Shown here: in pieces, positions 19,149 to 29,766 of the stretch
How the letters are laid out: each line of letters starts with the position of its first letter
How positions within the stretch are numbered: position 1 is the stretch's first letter
Origin: an uncultured Clostridia bacterium
Lineage (GTDB): Bacteria > Bacillota > Clostridia > TANB77 > CAG-508
Direction of reading: 5' to 3'
Length of the DNA: 33,705 nt
NCBI GenBank assembly: GCA_947627555.1
Contig: CANQWL010000002.1
Coordinates: 1 to 33,705, forward strand
Translations under genes and position numbers: made by a program
Notes under the pieces: model-generated
Told to the model about the DNA's origin: nothing
Seen by the model: only the letters and a program-made list of their open reading frames with translations
Database searches by the model: none

Positions 19149-20594
19149 CTATAAGTGTAATTTCACTAAAAATCTTTTTGCAAAATCACATACAAATTCT
19201 TCTTTTAGAGCTATTAATATTCCAAAATAAATTAATATTGAACCTATAATTTGTAACAATACCATATATAACTGATCTATTCTTAAAAAACTAATTAATT
19301 TCAAATATATACTCATTAAAATAATTACTATTATTTCTTTAAATAAAGTATCATTTATACTTTGCAATTTAAAATATTTTTTCCCAAAGTATACATATAT
19401 AACCATTACTACAAATTCTCCCATAACAGATGCTATTGATGCTCCTATTTCTTGATATCTTTGAATCAAAAAATAATTGAGTATAACATTTGTTACCGCT
19501 CCACATATTACAGGTATAACCATCTTCTTCTCATTATTTGTTACTAAACAAACTCTTGAGCCTAATAAATATCCTATTGGTGATATTAGCAAAATAAGAG
19601 ATACAATTTTTAATACATATGAGCTTCTTATATAGTTATCTCCATATAACTTACAAACTAAATAATTCGAAGTAAACCATATCCCAATTATCATTGGAAT
19701 TGAAACAAGTAAAATTGTTTTTAGTGCTTTTGTTAATACTTCATTATATTCTTTTATCTTTCCTTCTTTGTAATACTCTGATATTCTTGGTACAAGAACT
19801 ACTGTAAATGTATTTACAATTTGTAACAATATTTTATAAATTTTTATTCCATAAGAATAAAATGCTACATTTTCTTTTGAACACATATGTCCAAGCATTG
19901 TAATATCAACAAGTGAATATATTTCTATTGCTAAATTTACTACAACAAGGAAAAAAATGGACTTTAAGTGTCTTTTTAAATTTATATCTTTAAAAGTAAA
20001 CTTAACAAATTTTTTAGAATTCATGATATTTAGTATATAATTTCCAGCAGTTCCAATTACAGTTATTGCAGCATACATTAAATAATCATTAGGTGATTTT
20101 ACAAAAATAACTAATAAAAACAGTGAAAAAATTTTAAAAATAAGATTTCTAACTGATATATACTTGAATTCTTCTAATCCTTCATATAGCCATGAATTAT
20201 TTAAAACATTTAAAATAATAGAAATACCTACAACTAAAAATAATTTTAAATCTTGACTATATTTAGGAATGTGCAAAATTAGATAAAGATATAATAATGT
20301 AAAAATAATTGTGGATATAAAGTTTATTATCATTAATTCAGAATATACTTTATTTAATTTTTCTTTATCTTTTTTACATTTTGAAATCTCTCTTAAGCCA
20401 TAAGTTGGTATTCCTAAAAAAGAAAATATTACAAAATATTGTGCAAAGTTTCTAGCTATTTCAACTTGTCCAATTGTATCTGGTAGTAAAATATGTGTTA
20501 CATAAATGCCAGTAACAAATGGAAAAACTATATTTATCAAATTGTAAAATAAATAAAATATCGAATTAAAAGTCAATGATTTATTACTTTTCAA
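19149..20594 (-). CDS. Wzx-type oligosaccharide flippase (MOP superfamily)
   Basis: 481 aa and highly hydrophobic, with ~12-14 helices. Its position is typical of a Wzx/Wzy-type locus. TTG start with AAGGAG 9 nt upstream. Confidence 0.7.
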   Translation of the reverse strand: MKSNKSLTFNSIFYLFYNLINIVFPFVTGIYVTHILLPDTIGQVEIARNFAQYFVIFSFLGIPTYGLREISKCKKDKEKLNKVYSELMIINFISTIIFTLLYLYLILHIPKYSQDLKLFLVVGISIILNVLNNSWLYEGLEEFKYISVRNLIFKIFSLFLLVIFVKSPNDYLMYAAITVIGTAGNYILNIMNSKKFVKFTFKDINLKRHLKSIFFLVVVNLAIEIYSLVDITMLGHMCSKENVAFYSYGIKIYKILLQIVNTFTVVLVPRISEYYKEGKIKEYNEVLTKALKTILLVSIPMIIGIWFTSNYLVCKLYGDNYIRSSYVLKIVSLILLISPIGYLLGSRVCLVTNNEKKMVIPVICGAVTNVILNYFLIQRYQEIGASIASVMGEFVVMVIYVYFGKKYFKLQSINDTLFKEIIVIILMSIYLKLISFLRIDQLYMVLLQIIGSILIYFGILIALKEEFVCDFAKRFLVKLHL

Positions 20595-20609
20595 CTTTAA
20601 CTTCTCCTT

Positions 20610-21776
20610 TTAGTCTCTACTATATAAATCTCTTGTATAAACTTTATCTTTCACTTCAAAAAGTTTATCTTCATATCTATTTGCTAATATTACATCTGAT
20701 TCTTTTTTAAATTTTTCAAAATTATTTATTACATTGCAATCTAAAAACTTATCTTTTTTCAACGTTGGTTCATATATTATTATTTCAACGCCTTCTTTCT
20801 TTAAGTTTTCTATTACTCCTTGTATTGCACTAAATCTAAAATTGTCTGACTCTGATTTCATTGTTAACCTATATACTCCAACTATATCTGGATCTCTTCT
20901 CATTATCATTTCTGCTATATGTTTTTTCCTCGTTCTATTACTTCTTACTATTGCTCTTATTAAGTTTTGTGGTACATTTTCAAAGTTTGCTAACAACTGT
21001 TTTGTATCTTTTGGTAAACAATACCCTCCATATCCAAATGATGGATTATTATAATATGTTCCTATTCTTGGATCTAAACAAATTCCATCTATGATATCTT
21101 TTGAATTTAATCCCTTTATTTCTGCATAAGTATCCAATTCATTAAAATATGATACTCTCAATGCTAAATAAGTATTTGCAAATAATTTTACTGCTTCTGC
21201 TTCTGTTGAATTCATATATTTTACTTCTATTTTTTCTTTTAGTGCTCCTTCTTTTAAAAGATTAGCAAATTCTATTGCCCTTTTACTTTTTTCTCCCATT
21301 ATTATTCTTGAAGGATATAAATTATCATATAATGCTCGTCCTTCTCTTAAAAATTCTGGACTAAACATTATATTGTCTATTCCATATTTTTGTTTTATAC
21401 TCTCTATGTATCCTACTGGAATAGTTGATTTTACTACTATTGTTGTATCCATTTCCATTGATATTACTTTTTCTATTATATCTTCTACACTTGATGTGTC
21501 AAAATAATTTCTTTCATCATCATAATTTGTTGGTGTTGATATAACTATATACTTTGCTCCTTCAAAAGCGTCTTTATAGTCTAATGTTGCTTTTAAATCT
21601 AATGTTTTATTTGCAAAAAAATCTTCTATTTCTTTATCTCTTATTGGAGAAATTCTTTTGTTTATCATTTCAACTTTTTCTGGTATTATATCTAATGCAA
21701 CAACCTCATTTTTTTGACTTAATAATGTTGCTATTGATAATCCTACATATCCTGTTCCTGCTACTGCTATTTTCAT
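20610..21776 (-). CDS. ugd: UDP-glucose 6-dehydrogenase
   Basis: [14 protein letters not shown]ossmann N-terminus and catalytic [14 protein letters not shown]. By memory it resembles streptococcal HasB along its whole length. I place the start at the ATG at 21776 rather than the track's 21809. Confidence 0.9.
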   Translation of the reverse strand: MKIAVAGTGYVGLSIATLLSQKNEVVALDIIPEKVEMINKRISPIRDKEIEDFFANKTLDLKATLDYKDAFEGAKYIVISTPTNYDDERNYFDTSSVEDIIEKVISMEMDTTIVVKSTIPVGYIESIKQKYGIDNIMFSPEFLREGRALYDNLYPSRIIMGEKSKRAIEFANLLKEGALKEKIEVKYMNSTEAEAVKLFANTYLALRVSYFNELDTYAEIKGLNSKDIIDGICLDPRIGTYYNNPSFGYGGYCLPKDTKQLLANFENVPQNLIRAIVRSNRTRKKHIAEMIMRRDPDIVGVYRLTMKSESDNFRFSAIQGVIENLKKEGVEIIIYEPTLKKDKFLDCNVINNFEKFKKESDVILANRYEDKLFEVKDKVYTRDLYSRD

Positions 21777-21815
21777 TTTTATTATTTCCCTTCGAATTTT
21801 ATTTTTCATGTAAAA

Positions 21816-22844
21816 CTAATTCATATAGAATTCTTTATACCACTGCGCAAATTTTCTTAATCCTTCTCTTAGTGAAGTATGTGGTTTGAATCCAAAATCT
21901 CTTTCTAATGGTATTGTATCTGCATAAGTTACTGGTACATCTCCTGCTTGCATTGGTACTAATTCTTTATGTGCTTCAAAATCATAGTCTTCTGGTAATA
22001 CCTTTGCTCTTATTAATTCTTCTTGCAATATATTTACAAAATCTAATAAATTTTCAGGATGATTATTTCCTATATTATATATTGCATATGGTGGTATTGG
22101 TAAACCATCTTTTCCATTTTCCTTTTTAGGAGGTTTCTTTATTACTCTCACTATGCCCTCAACTATATCATCTATATATGTAAAATCTCTTTTGCAATTT
22201 CCATAATTAAATATCTTTATTTTTTCTCCTTTAAGTAATTTATTTGTGAATCCAAAATATGCCATATCTGGTCTTCCAGCTGGTCCATACACTGTAAAAA
22301 ACCTTAATCCAGTAGATGGAATATTATATAATTTAGAATAACTATGCGCTAATAATTCATTTGATTTTTTAGTTGCTGCATATAGTGAAACTGGATTATC
22401 AACTTTATCATCTGTTGAAAATGGTACCTTTGTATTTCCACCATAAACTGATGAACTAGAAGCATATACTAAATGTTCTACTTTGTAATATCTACAACAC
22501 TCTAAGATGTTGTAAAATCCTATTAAATTAGATTCAATATATACATCTGGATTTGTTATACTATATCTAACTCCAGCTTGTGCTGCTAAGTTTATTACTA
22601 TCTCTGGTTTATATTCTTTAAAAATATTTTCAACTGTTATTTTATCTGCTAAATTTCCTTTTATAAATATAAAGTTTTTAAATTTATTCAGTTCTTTTAA
22701 ACGATACTCTTTAATTTTTACATCATAATAGTCATTCATATTGTCTAAACAAATTACTTTGCAATCTACTTCATCTTTTAAAATCCTTTTGGCTAAATTT
22801 GAACCTATAAAGCCTGCTGCTCCTGTAATAAAATATATTTTCAT
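21816..22844 (-). CDS. NAD-dependent epimerase, UDP-glucuronate 4-epimerase-like
   Basis: 342 aa with ITGAAGFIGSNL and YAATKKSNE (YxxxK). It lies directly upstream of ugd. ATGA start/stop overlap with the preceding gene. Confidence 0.7.
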   Translation of the reverse strand: MKIYFITGAAGFIGSNLAKRILKDEVDCKVICLDNMNDYYDVKIKEYRLKELNKFKNFIFIKGNLADKITVENIFKEYKPEIVINLAAQAGVRYSITNPDVYIESNLIGFYNILECCRYYKVEHLVYASSSSVYGGNTKVPFSTDDKVDNPVSLYAATKKSNELLAHSYSKLYNIPSTGLRFFTVYGPAGRPDMAYFGFTNKLLKGEKIKIFNYGNCKRDFTYIDDIVEGIVRVIKKPPKKENGKDGLPIPPYAIYNIGNNHPENLLDFVNILQEELIRAKVLPEDYDFEAHKELVPMQAGDVPVTYADTIPLERDFGFKPHTSLREGLRKFAQWYKEFYMN

Positions 22845-23917
22845 TTTTTTGCTCCTTCTTGTTCATCTTTCATAAATTCTATCATTCTAATATACATTTC
22901 TTCTAAATCTTTTTTTGCTTTCCAACCTAATTTTTTTATTTTTTCTGTATCTAAATTCATGTGTAAAGTAGGTGCATATCCAAATTTATTTAAATTTTCT
23001 TCTACTATACACTTTACTCTTATATTTTGATTATTTTTTGACACTAAATTAGCCATTTCTAAAATTGAACAATATGTATCTTCATTAGCAAGGTTATAAA
23101 TATTATTTTCACTATTTTTTAATAAAATCTGTAAAACGGCACTTATTGCATCTGATACATACAAATAACTTCTTTTTGTATCTCCCTTTGTGTGAAGTAT
23201 AATATCTCTAGTTTCTATAACGCATCTAGCAAACTCTGCAAATACTCTTTCATCTTCATATCTAACACCAGACCCAAATGTTTGAGTTAACCTAATTATA
23301 CTTATAATAAAATTATATTTATTTGCATAACATGTACATAAATTTTCACACATAATTTTACTTATTGGATAACAATTTCTTGTATTAATAGTTGATAAAT
23401 CAATTCCATGTTCTTCTGTTATTTTTTCATCTGTTGATGGATGTCCATATACTTCCATGGTAGAAAAAAAGATGAACTTACTTATATTCTTTTTTTTTGC
23501 TAATTCTAATACATTTCTAGTTCCTCTTAAATTTATATCTATTGTTTCTAATGAATTTTGTATAAAAAATTTGCTTGAAGTTTGACTCGCAGCATGAATT
23601 ATATAATCAATATTTCCATTATATATAATTTCATCTACTATATTTCCTTCTATAAATTCTAACTGTCCTTTGTTAAATATCAGCTGTTTTTCAAACATTT
23701 TTTTTGCTTTATTTAAATTTCTTACTAATGCAATAACTTTACAATTTAAATTATATTCATAATTAGCATATATAATTGTATTTACTAATAGACTACCTAA
23801 TAGTCCAGTAGCACCTGTAACAAAAATATTTTTATTTTTTAATAATTTCCAGTTTATTTTTTCATTAAAAACATTTTCTTCTATATCTTCTTTATAAATT
23901 TTATTTTCAAAATTCAT
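22841..23917 (-). CDS. NAD-dependent epimerase/dehydratase family SDR
   Basis: 358 aa with VTGATGLLGS and YPISK. It lies immediately downstream of an IspD-like cytidylyltransferase, so it could be a CDP-ketose or alditol reductase. Confidence 0.7.
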   Translation of the reverse strand: MNFENKIYKEDIEENVFNEKINWKLLKNKNIFVTGATGLLGSLLVNTIIYANYEYNLNCKVIALVRNLNKAKKMFEKQLIFNKGQLEFIEGNIVDEIIYNGNIDYIIHAASQTSSKFFIQNSLETIDINLRGTRNVLELAKKKNISKFIFFSTMEVYGHPSTDEKITEEHGIDLSTINTRNCYPISKIMCENLCTCYANKYNFIISIIRLTQTFGSGVRYEDERVFAEFARCVIETRDIILHTKGDTKRSYLYVSDAISAVLQILLKNSENNIYNLANEDTYCSILEMANLVSKNNQNIRVKCIVEENLNKFGYAPTLHMNLDTEKIKKLGWKAKKDLEEMYIRMIEFMKDEQEGAKK

Positions 23918-23929
23918 ATAAATTTTCCT

Positions 23930-24700
23930 CTATTCATTTTTTATTATATTGTACTGTATTCCTATTTTATTAGTCTCACCAAGGTTAAAAATTTGTTCAC
24001 TTTCTTTGTATTGTAAAAAAGCTTTAAATGTAAATACGTCTTCAGGAGTCGTAATTTTTATATTTCCTCTATTACCCTTTACCAAGTGAATACTTTTTCC
24101 TAATTTTCTAAAAATAGTACATGCATCAACCATATTTTTATATCCATCTTTTGAATTTCTTATCTTTTCATGTGCCTCAATAATGTCTTTTAAATAAAAA
24201 CTTTGCGGAGCTTGTCCAATAAAAGTTTCGTTCCTTGTTGTTACTGCATCTATGTAATTATTATCTTTGCTTATCATTATAGTCTCAAATGCTGGTATAC
24301 TAGTAATAGCGTTTCCAAATTTTTTTACTCCTTCTATATTGCTAGAAATAACATCAGATGAAACAAATGGTCTAACACCATCATGTAACAAAACTATTGT
24401 ATTTTCAGGATTTTCTTTTTCTACTTCTTTTAAAGCATTATATATAGAATCTTGAGCAGTTTTACCACCTTCTACAATAGAAACTACTTTATCTAATTTA
24501 TATATGTTTATTAAATTATTCACGTATCCTATGTAATTTTTTAAAGTTGAAATGTATATTTTATCTATTTCTTTATTATATTGAAATAGTTCTACTGTAT
24601 GAACCAATATAGGTTTACCATTTATCTCTAAAAATTGTTTAGGTATCTCTGATTTCATTCTTGTTCCTTTACCACTTGCAAATATTACTGCTACATTCAT
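23930..24700 (-). CDS. IspD/TarI-family cytidylyltransferase (CDP-alditol type), copy 1
   Basis: 256 aa with IFASGKGTRMKSEIPKQF and HDGVRPF. AAGGAG RBS. Confidence 0.8.
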   Translation of the reverse strand: MNVAVIFASGKGTRMKSEIPKQFLEINGKPILVHTVELFQYNKEIDKIYISTLKNYIGYVNNLINIYKLDKVVSIVEGGKTAQDSIYNALKEVEKENPENTIVLLHDGVRPFVSSDVISSNIEGVKKFGNAITSIPAFETIMISKDNNYIDAVTTRNETFIGQAPQSFYLKDIIEAHEKIRNSKDGYKNMVDACTIFRKLGKSIHLVKGNRGNIKITTPEDVFTFKAFLQYKESEQIFNLGETNKIGIQYNIIKNE

Positions 24701-24713
24701 TATATCTTACTCC

Positions 24714-25637
24714 TTATAACCAATTTAATAAAACCTTACAAATAAATATAAATCTTTTTTCATCTATATTTTTATATACATTTTGACTAAAAATTAATTT
24801 TATTTTATTTCTTATGTTCTTTCTATAATTAACTATTTGCTCAACAACTAATTTATCTTTTTCATTTAAATCAATTTTATTTAACAGTTCACTTGCTATT
24901 TTACTTCTTCCATTTCTTAACGAATCATTAAATATCTTTTTCTTAATAATTTTTAATTTTCTTTTCAATCCATTATCTATTCCAACAGTATTTTTATTAT
25001 GTATTCTATAATTTATATAAGAGTTTTCATCGTATATAACATATCCTATTGCTGATGCAACAAGTATAACCCAGACATCATGCATTCTTATACGTAAAAC
25101 ATCATTATTAGGTCTTCTATTTTTTTCAGAAATTATATTTCTTAGTTGTTTATTCATTACCATTGTACATCCTGCAATGTGATTTCCAAAAATAATATTG
25201 ACAAGTGAAATATTAGGATTTCTATTATATCTTAACCCTTCTATTTTATTTTCTCGAAAGATTGTCTGATTAGAACAATATAATGCTGGTTTATCATATT
25301 TTTCTATTTTTTCTATTGCCTTATATAATTTATTTTCTTTCCAGATATCATCTTGATCTGCAAAAGCATAATAATCATATTCTTGTGGTGCTTCATATAA
25401 TAGTTGCATAAATCCTACTGCTGGTCCTAAATTTTCGTCGCCTAATATCACTTTTACTTTATTTTCTTTTTCTATTGTTTTTAGATATTCTCTTGTTCCA
25501 TCTGTTGACATATCATCTCTTATAATTAAATATACTTCTACATCCTTTTGGTTTAAAATAGATTGAATTTGTTCTTCTATATATTTTTTTCCATTATATG
25601 TAGCCATTAATACACATATTTTTTTATTATCCATCAT
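24714..25637 (-). CDS. Glycosyltransferase family 2
   Basis: 307 aa with CVLMATYNGKKYIEEQIQSILNQ, RDDMSTDGT and FADQDDIW (DxD). Confidence 0.85.
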   Translation of the reverse strand: MMDNKKICVLMATYNGKKYIEEQIQSILNQKDVEVYLIIRDDMSTDGTREYLKTIEKENKVKVILGDENLGPAVGFMQLLYEAPQEYDYYAFADQDDIWKENKLYKAIEKIEKYDKPALYCSNQTIFRENKIEGLRYNRNPNISLVNIIFGNHIAGCTMVMNKQLRNIISEKNRRPNNDVLRIRMHDVWVILVASAIGYVIYDENSYINYRIHNKNTVGIDNGLKRKLKIIKKKIFNDSLRNGRSKIASELLNKIDLNEKDKLVVEQIVNYRKNIRNKIKLIFSQNVYKNIDEKRFIFICKVLLNWL

Positions 25638-26931
25638 CTAAATCTCCATTTATTTTATAATTCACATGTTTATTATTATACTTTATTTTAAAATTGTTAT
25701 TGAATACAATTCCAATTATAAAACACCAAATAAATCTTTCCATAAATGAGGTTGTTGTGTAGTACGATCCAAAAAAAGATAATATGCTAAATGTTATATA
25801 ACAGCAAAAAAATATATTTTTTCTGTCATTATTATTAAAATGTATATTTAAGAATATGCATTCACTAATAAATCCCCATAAGATACTGAATATTCCAAAA
25901 GCTAATATATTTCCATTTCCATATGCCATTGTCATAGTAGAAACTACATTTCCTTCTTGAGCTTCAAACCCACTAGAAATTGTTGTTACAGAAGGAAAAG
26001 AACTTAAATATGGTAAATTTTCAGCAACTTGTCCTCCCATTTTTATTCCGAAAAATTTATTTATAATCATATCCGGAAAAGCAAATATAATATCCCATAT
26101 ATAATCAAAACCATTAGTAATAACTTGGCTTGATGATGATGTAATTAAATTAGAATTTATAATTCCTCCTGCAATATAAGTCCACAAACGATATACATAG
26201 TATGTCCCTTCTACATTTTCAACAAAACCTTGTAAAATAAATTTTGATGCATAATTAGTAATAAACACAATACCTATTAAAGGGAAAATTAAAAATAAAC
26301 CTCTTTTAAAATATTTTTTATCTTTTAATGAACAATATATATAAGTAGATAAAACCAGTGATATGATTTGTGCTTTTTCAGTTTCTATAAAAGAATATAT
26401 TGCATAGATTAAAAATAAAATTAAATACTTCTTATCTTTTTTATTTTTAAGCCAATGATAAAAATATAACATCATTAATGGAAATACTGAAAGCATTAAA
26501 TGAGATACCGGTCCTCTAGATACAAACATTTTAAAATCATTTTCAATCATTCCATGTAAACCATAATTAAAATAATATTTTAATAATTGTGCAGATCTTA
26601 TTAGTAAAACTATGATTACATATGGTACTGTTTTTTCTACTAAAATTTTATTTGTATTTATTTCTTTATTATTATTTTTTTTAAATCTATTTGATATTGT
26701 TAATATGCAAAATACTGAGCCAATAAAGAAAAAAATTATACCTAAAAAAATCATCCATTGTGTATCTGAGTTGATTTCTTTAAAATAAAATTTCGTAGCA
26801 ATATGATTATTAATTAATAATATAACCACATAAGGTAACATTATAGCATTAAATGAATTTATACTTCTTTTATAAATTTTCTGATAAAATATAACTATTA
26901 ATATAGTAATAATATAAATTGCAATTTCCAT
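25627..26931 (-). CDS. Wzy-like oligosaccharide repeat-unit polymerase (polytopic membrane protein)
   Basis: 434 aa with ~10-12 hydrophobic helices. Called from locus context together with Wzx. No diagnostic motif recognised. Confidence 0.5.
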   Translation of the reverse strand: MEIAIYIITILIVIFYQKIYKRSINSFNAIMLPYVVILLINNHIATKFYFKEINSDTQWMIFLGIIFFFIGSVFCILTISNRFKKNNNKEINTNKILVEKTVPYVIIVLLIRSAQLLKYYFNYGLHGMIENDFKMFVSRGPVSHLMLSVFPLMMLYFYHWLKNKKDKKYLILFLIYAIYSFIETEKAQIISLVLSTYIYCSLKDKKYFKRGLFLIFPLIGIVFITNYASKFILQGFVENVEGTYYVYRLWTYIAGGIINSNLITSSSSQVITNGFDYIWDIIFAFPDMIINKFFGIKMGGQVAENLPYLSSFPSVTTISSGFEAQEGNVVSTMTMAYGNGNILAFGIFSILWGFISECIFLNIHFNNNDRKNIFFCCYITFSILSFFGSYYTTTSFMERFIWCFIIGIVFNNNFKIKYNNKHVNYKINGDLDDG

Positions 26932-26972
26932 ATAAAAATTTCCTTTTAAATAGAATTTTATTTTTTATTCAA

Positions 26973-27728
26973 TTATCGATTATAACTATTACATTTCCAT
27001 AAATAATAAAATATGACAATTACCATTGCTAGTATGTAAAATAAATCATAATATACTGATAATAGTCCGTATAAATTAAAAAATGGACATAAAAATAATA
27101 TAAACATTGGAATTCCTACTATTCCACATTCTACTCCAACCATTTTTCTAAATTTCTGAAATCCTTTTAAAGTATATTGATTATTTCCTTTTTCTATTTT
27201 TTTACCTGTTTTTATTTCTACTTGAGTTGCCTCAAAAGCAAATTTTTGATGAATAAGTCTAGATAAGGCATTACCTGTAGATGCTACACCAGCAAAAATC
27301 AATAAATATTTATCAGATATATTTAATTGATTATATCCTACATTAATGCTCGCACAAGCTAGTGAAATTGGCAAAAAAATTGTTATTATATAACCGCTCA
27401 TAGCATCAATAAATTCACCAAAATATGATTCTGTCTTTGTATATCTTGCAATATTTCCATCTATGCAATCAAATAAATGCCAAATAGGTACTAAGATTAC
27501 ACCTATAACACGTATTATATTATTAGGAATTGCCATAAATATGCATGCAAGAAAAGCAATTATAATTGATAATACACTTACTTGAAAAGCACTTGCTCCT
27601 ATTTTTAAAAACGGTATAGTAACCCAATATGATATTTTTCTTACAGGAACTATTATTCCATATATTGATTCTACAGATTTTTTTTCTTTTGGAAAAGTAT
27701 TTTTTAAGTCATTATACGTTACTTTCAT
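26973..27728 (-). CDS. CDP-alcohol phosphatidyltransferase family protein
   Basis: 251 aa membrane protein carrying DCIDGNIARYTKTESYFGEFIDAMSG. This matches D-x2-DG-x2-AR-x8-G-x3-D, but the final x3-D position is Gly. Confidence 0.75.
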   Translation of the reverse strand: MKVTYNDLKNTFPKEKKSVESIYGIIVPVRKISYWVTIPFLKIGASAFQVSVLSIIIAFLACIFMAIPNNIIRVIGVILVPIWHLFDCIDGNIARYTKTESYFGEFIDAMSGYIITIFLPISLACASINVGYNQLNISDKYLLIFAGVASTGNALSRLIHQKFAFEATQVEIKTGKKIEKGNNQYTLKGFQKFRKMVGVECGIVGIPMFILFLCPFFNLYGLLSVYYDLFYILAMVIVIFYYLWKCNSYNR

Positions 27729-27763
27729 AACTTTACTCCTCTTACTAAATAAAATTTTATTTT

Positions 27764-28659
27764 TTATATATTAAACAAATTACCCAACTCAAAATCATAT
27801 TCGTCTGGTTCAAACATAAAATATCCACTTGCATTAAAGAATGTCATTTCTCCAAAAAATATATTACCATCTATATTGTAAAAATCCACTCTTACATGAG
27901 GAAAACCCTTTGATAATTTCTTTGCCATTTCAACCATCTTTTCAAAGTTTTTTGGTTTTTCCGGTTGCCTCAAAATTGGTTTAAAATCTTTACGATGAAC
28001 ATCTAATAATTTAAAATTCATATCAAAAAATCCTAACTCACCTAAATCATGATTTTCTCTATAATTTTGCATCATATATAAACATATTGGTTTTCCATCA
28101 AAACAAAAAAACTTATAATCTGGTAAATCCCCATCTAAGCCGTCTAATTTTTTTTCTACTATTATACGATGCTTTTTATTATCATAACACCATTCTCTAC
28201 CAACATTCTTTTTGTTTATAGGTTCATTTACCCATTTTTTCATTTGAGATATTAATTCGTTTTTATTACATGAATTTTTATCATTTATTAGCAGAACAGA
28301 GGTTCCACCCCCCCTAATGTATCTTTTAATACAAATTTATTTGGGAGTTTATCAAAATCAATTTCTAATGGATTGTCATATACTCCATAACATTTATTTA
28401 ATATATTTTCTAAACCACATTGTTTTACATATTTTCTAACTTCATATTTATCTACACATTTTTCCATAAGTGGATTTCTATATTTCAACTTATATAATTG
28501 TAATTTTTCAGTATATCTTTTGGGATTATTTAAATTTAATTTTCGTCCTGTTTTTATCCTATATTGTAAAGATAACATTTGTTTATCAGGAATAAAATTT
28601 AATAATCTTAAAATTCTTATACGTACATTTTTAGATTTTATAATTTTCTTATAATCCAT
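27764..28659 (-). pseudogene. TupA-like ATP-grasp protein, split in two by a frameshift at a G7 tract
   Basis: ORFs 28288-28659 (NLNNPKRYTEKLQLYKL...KFVLKDTLGG) and 27764-28243 (DYKFFCFDGKP...VRVDFYNIDGNIFFGEMTF) are the N- and C-terminal halves of one ~298-aa protein. Adding one G at 28308-28314 gives an open frame through ...TLGGGGTSVLLINDKNSCNKNELISQMKKWVNEP... Confidence 0.8.
28308..28314 (-). repeat. Poly-G(7) tract on the coding strand, at the ATP-grasp frameshift
   Basis: The plus strand reads CCACCCCCCCTAA. Codon-by-codon check: there are 71 nt from the first G to the downstream ATG, so +1 G restores the frame and no stop codon intervenes. Confidence 0.9.
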
Positions 28660-28671
28660 ATTTACCTCTTT

Positions 28672-29766
28672 TTAATTTATTTTTTCTAAATATTTTTCTA
28701 TTACTATATTTCTATTAAATTGTTTAATCATTTTTTCTCTTCCTGCTAATCCCATATTCTTTTTTTGTTCGTATGATAATTTAATAAATTTTTCTATTTT
28801 ATTAACTAAATCTTTTACATTTCCCTTTTCATAAATATATCCTGTATATCCGTTATTTACTGTTTCAAAACATCCAGGATTATTTGTAGTAATAATTGGT
28901 CGTCCAGAAGATGCATTTTCTAATAACACATTCGACATACCTTCTCCATATTTAGAAGGATGAATAATTGCATGAGACCTTTTGATATAAGGAATAACAT
29001 CCTTTTGCTCTCCTCTATAAATAATTATTCCATCATCTTCTAATTTTTTAAAATCATCTATATAATGTTTTTCCGTTGGTTCAATAAAACCAATTATATT
29101 AAATTCGGTATTTTTATATTTCTTTTTAATTTCTTTCGCTGCTTCTATATAATCATCTATACCCTTTTCTTTTAAAACTCTGCCAAAATAATTAAATACA
29201 ATTTTTTCGTCATTTGGAGGATATTCTTGTAGCGAGAATTTATTTATATTAACTCCAGATCCTGGAATTAGTTGATAATCACCAGATATTATTTTCTTAT
29301 TTAATATTAGTTTCATGTTAGTTTCATTTTGAAAAAATACACATTTAGATTCTTTTAATGCAAGTTTTAATAATTTATATATTAAATTTTGTAAGAGTTT
29401 CCCTTTATTTAATATACTGCCTAAACCTGTAATATTGTTTATATATTCTACTTTACAAAATCTACATGCGATACTTGCATAAACATTCGGTTTTATTGTA
29501 TATGCTAAAACAATATCTGGTTTATATTTATTTAAAAATTTAATATAATGTAACAATAGTTTAAAATCTTTTAGTGGATTTATTCCCCTTCTATCTATAA
29601 TAGGATTATCTAATTTGAATTTTATATTATTCATTAAATCTAATTTTTCACCATATGGACAAGAAATTATTATTTCATTTTTTTCTAAATATAATTTTTC
29701 AATTAATTCTTTTCTAAAACAATATATATCATCAGCATGATTTGCTACTATTGCTATTTTTTTCAA
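28672..29766 (-). CDS. Glycosyltransferase family 4
   Basis: 364 aa with the GT-B/GT4 E-x7-E region PSKYGEGMSNVLLENASSGRPIITTN. Confidence 0.85.
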   Translation of the reverse strand: MKKIAIVANHADDIYCFRKELIEKLYLEKNEIIISCPYGEKLDLMNNIKFKLDNPIIDRRGINPLKDFKLLLHYIKFLNKYKPDIVLAYTIKPNVYASIACRFCKVEYINNITGLGSILNKGKLLQNLIYKLLKLALKESKCVFFQNETNMKLILNKKIISGDYQLIPGSGVNINKFSLQEYPPNDEKIVFNYFGRVLKEKGIDDYIEAAKEIKKKYKNTEFNIIGFIEPTEKHYIDDFKKLEDDGIIIYRGEQKDVIPYIKRSHAIIHPSKYGEGMSNVLLENASSGRPIITTNNPGCFETVNNGYTGYIYEKGNVKDLVNKIEKFIKLSYEQKKNMGLAGREKMIKQFNRNIVIEKYLEKIN

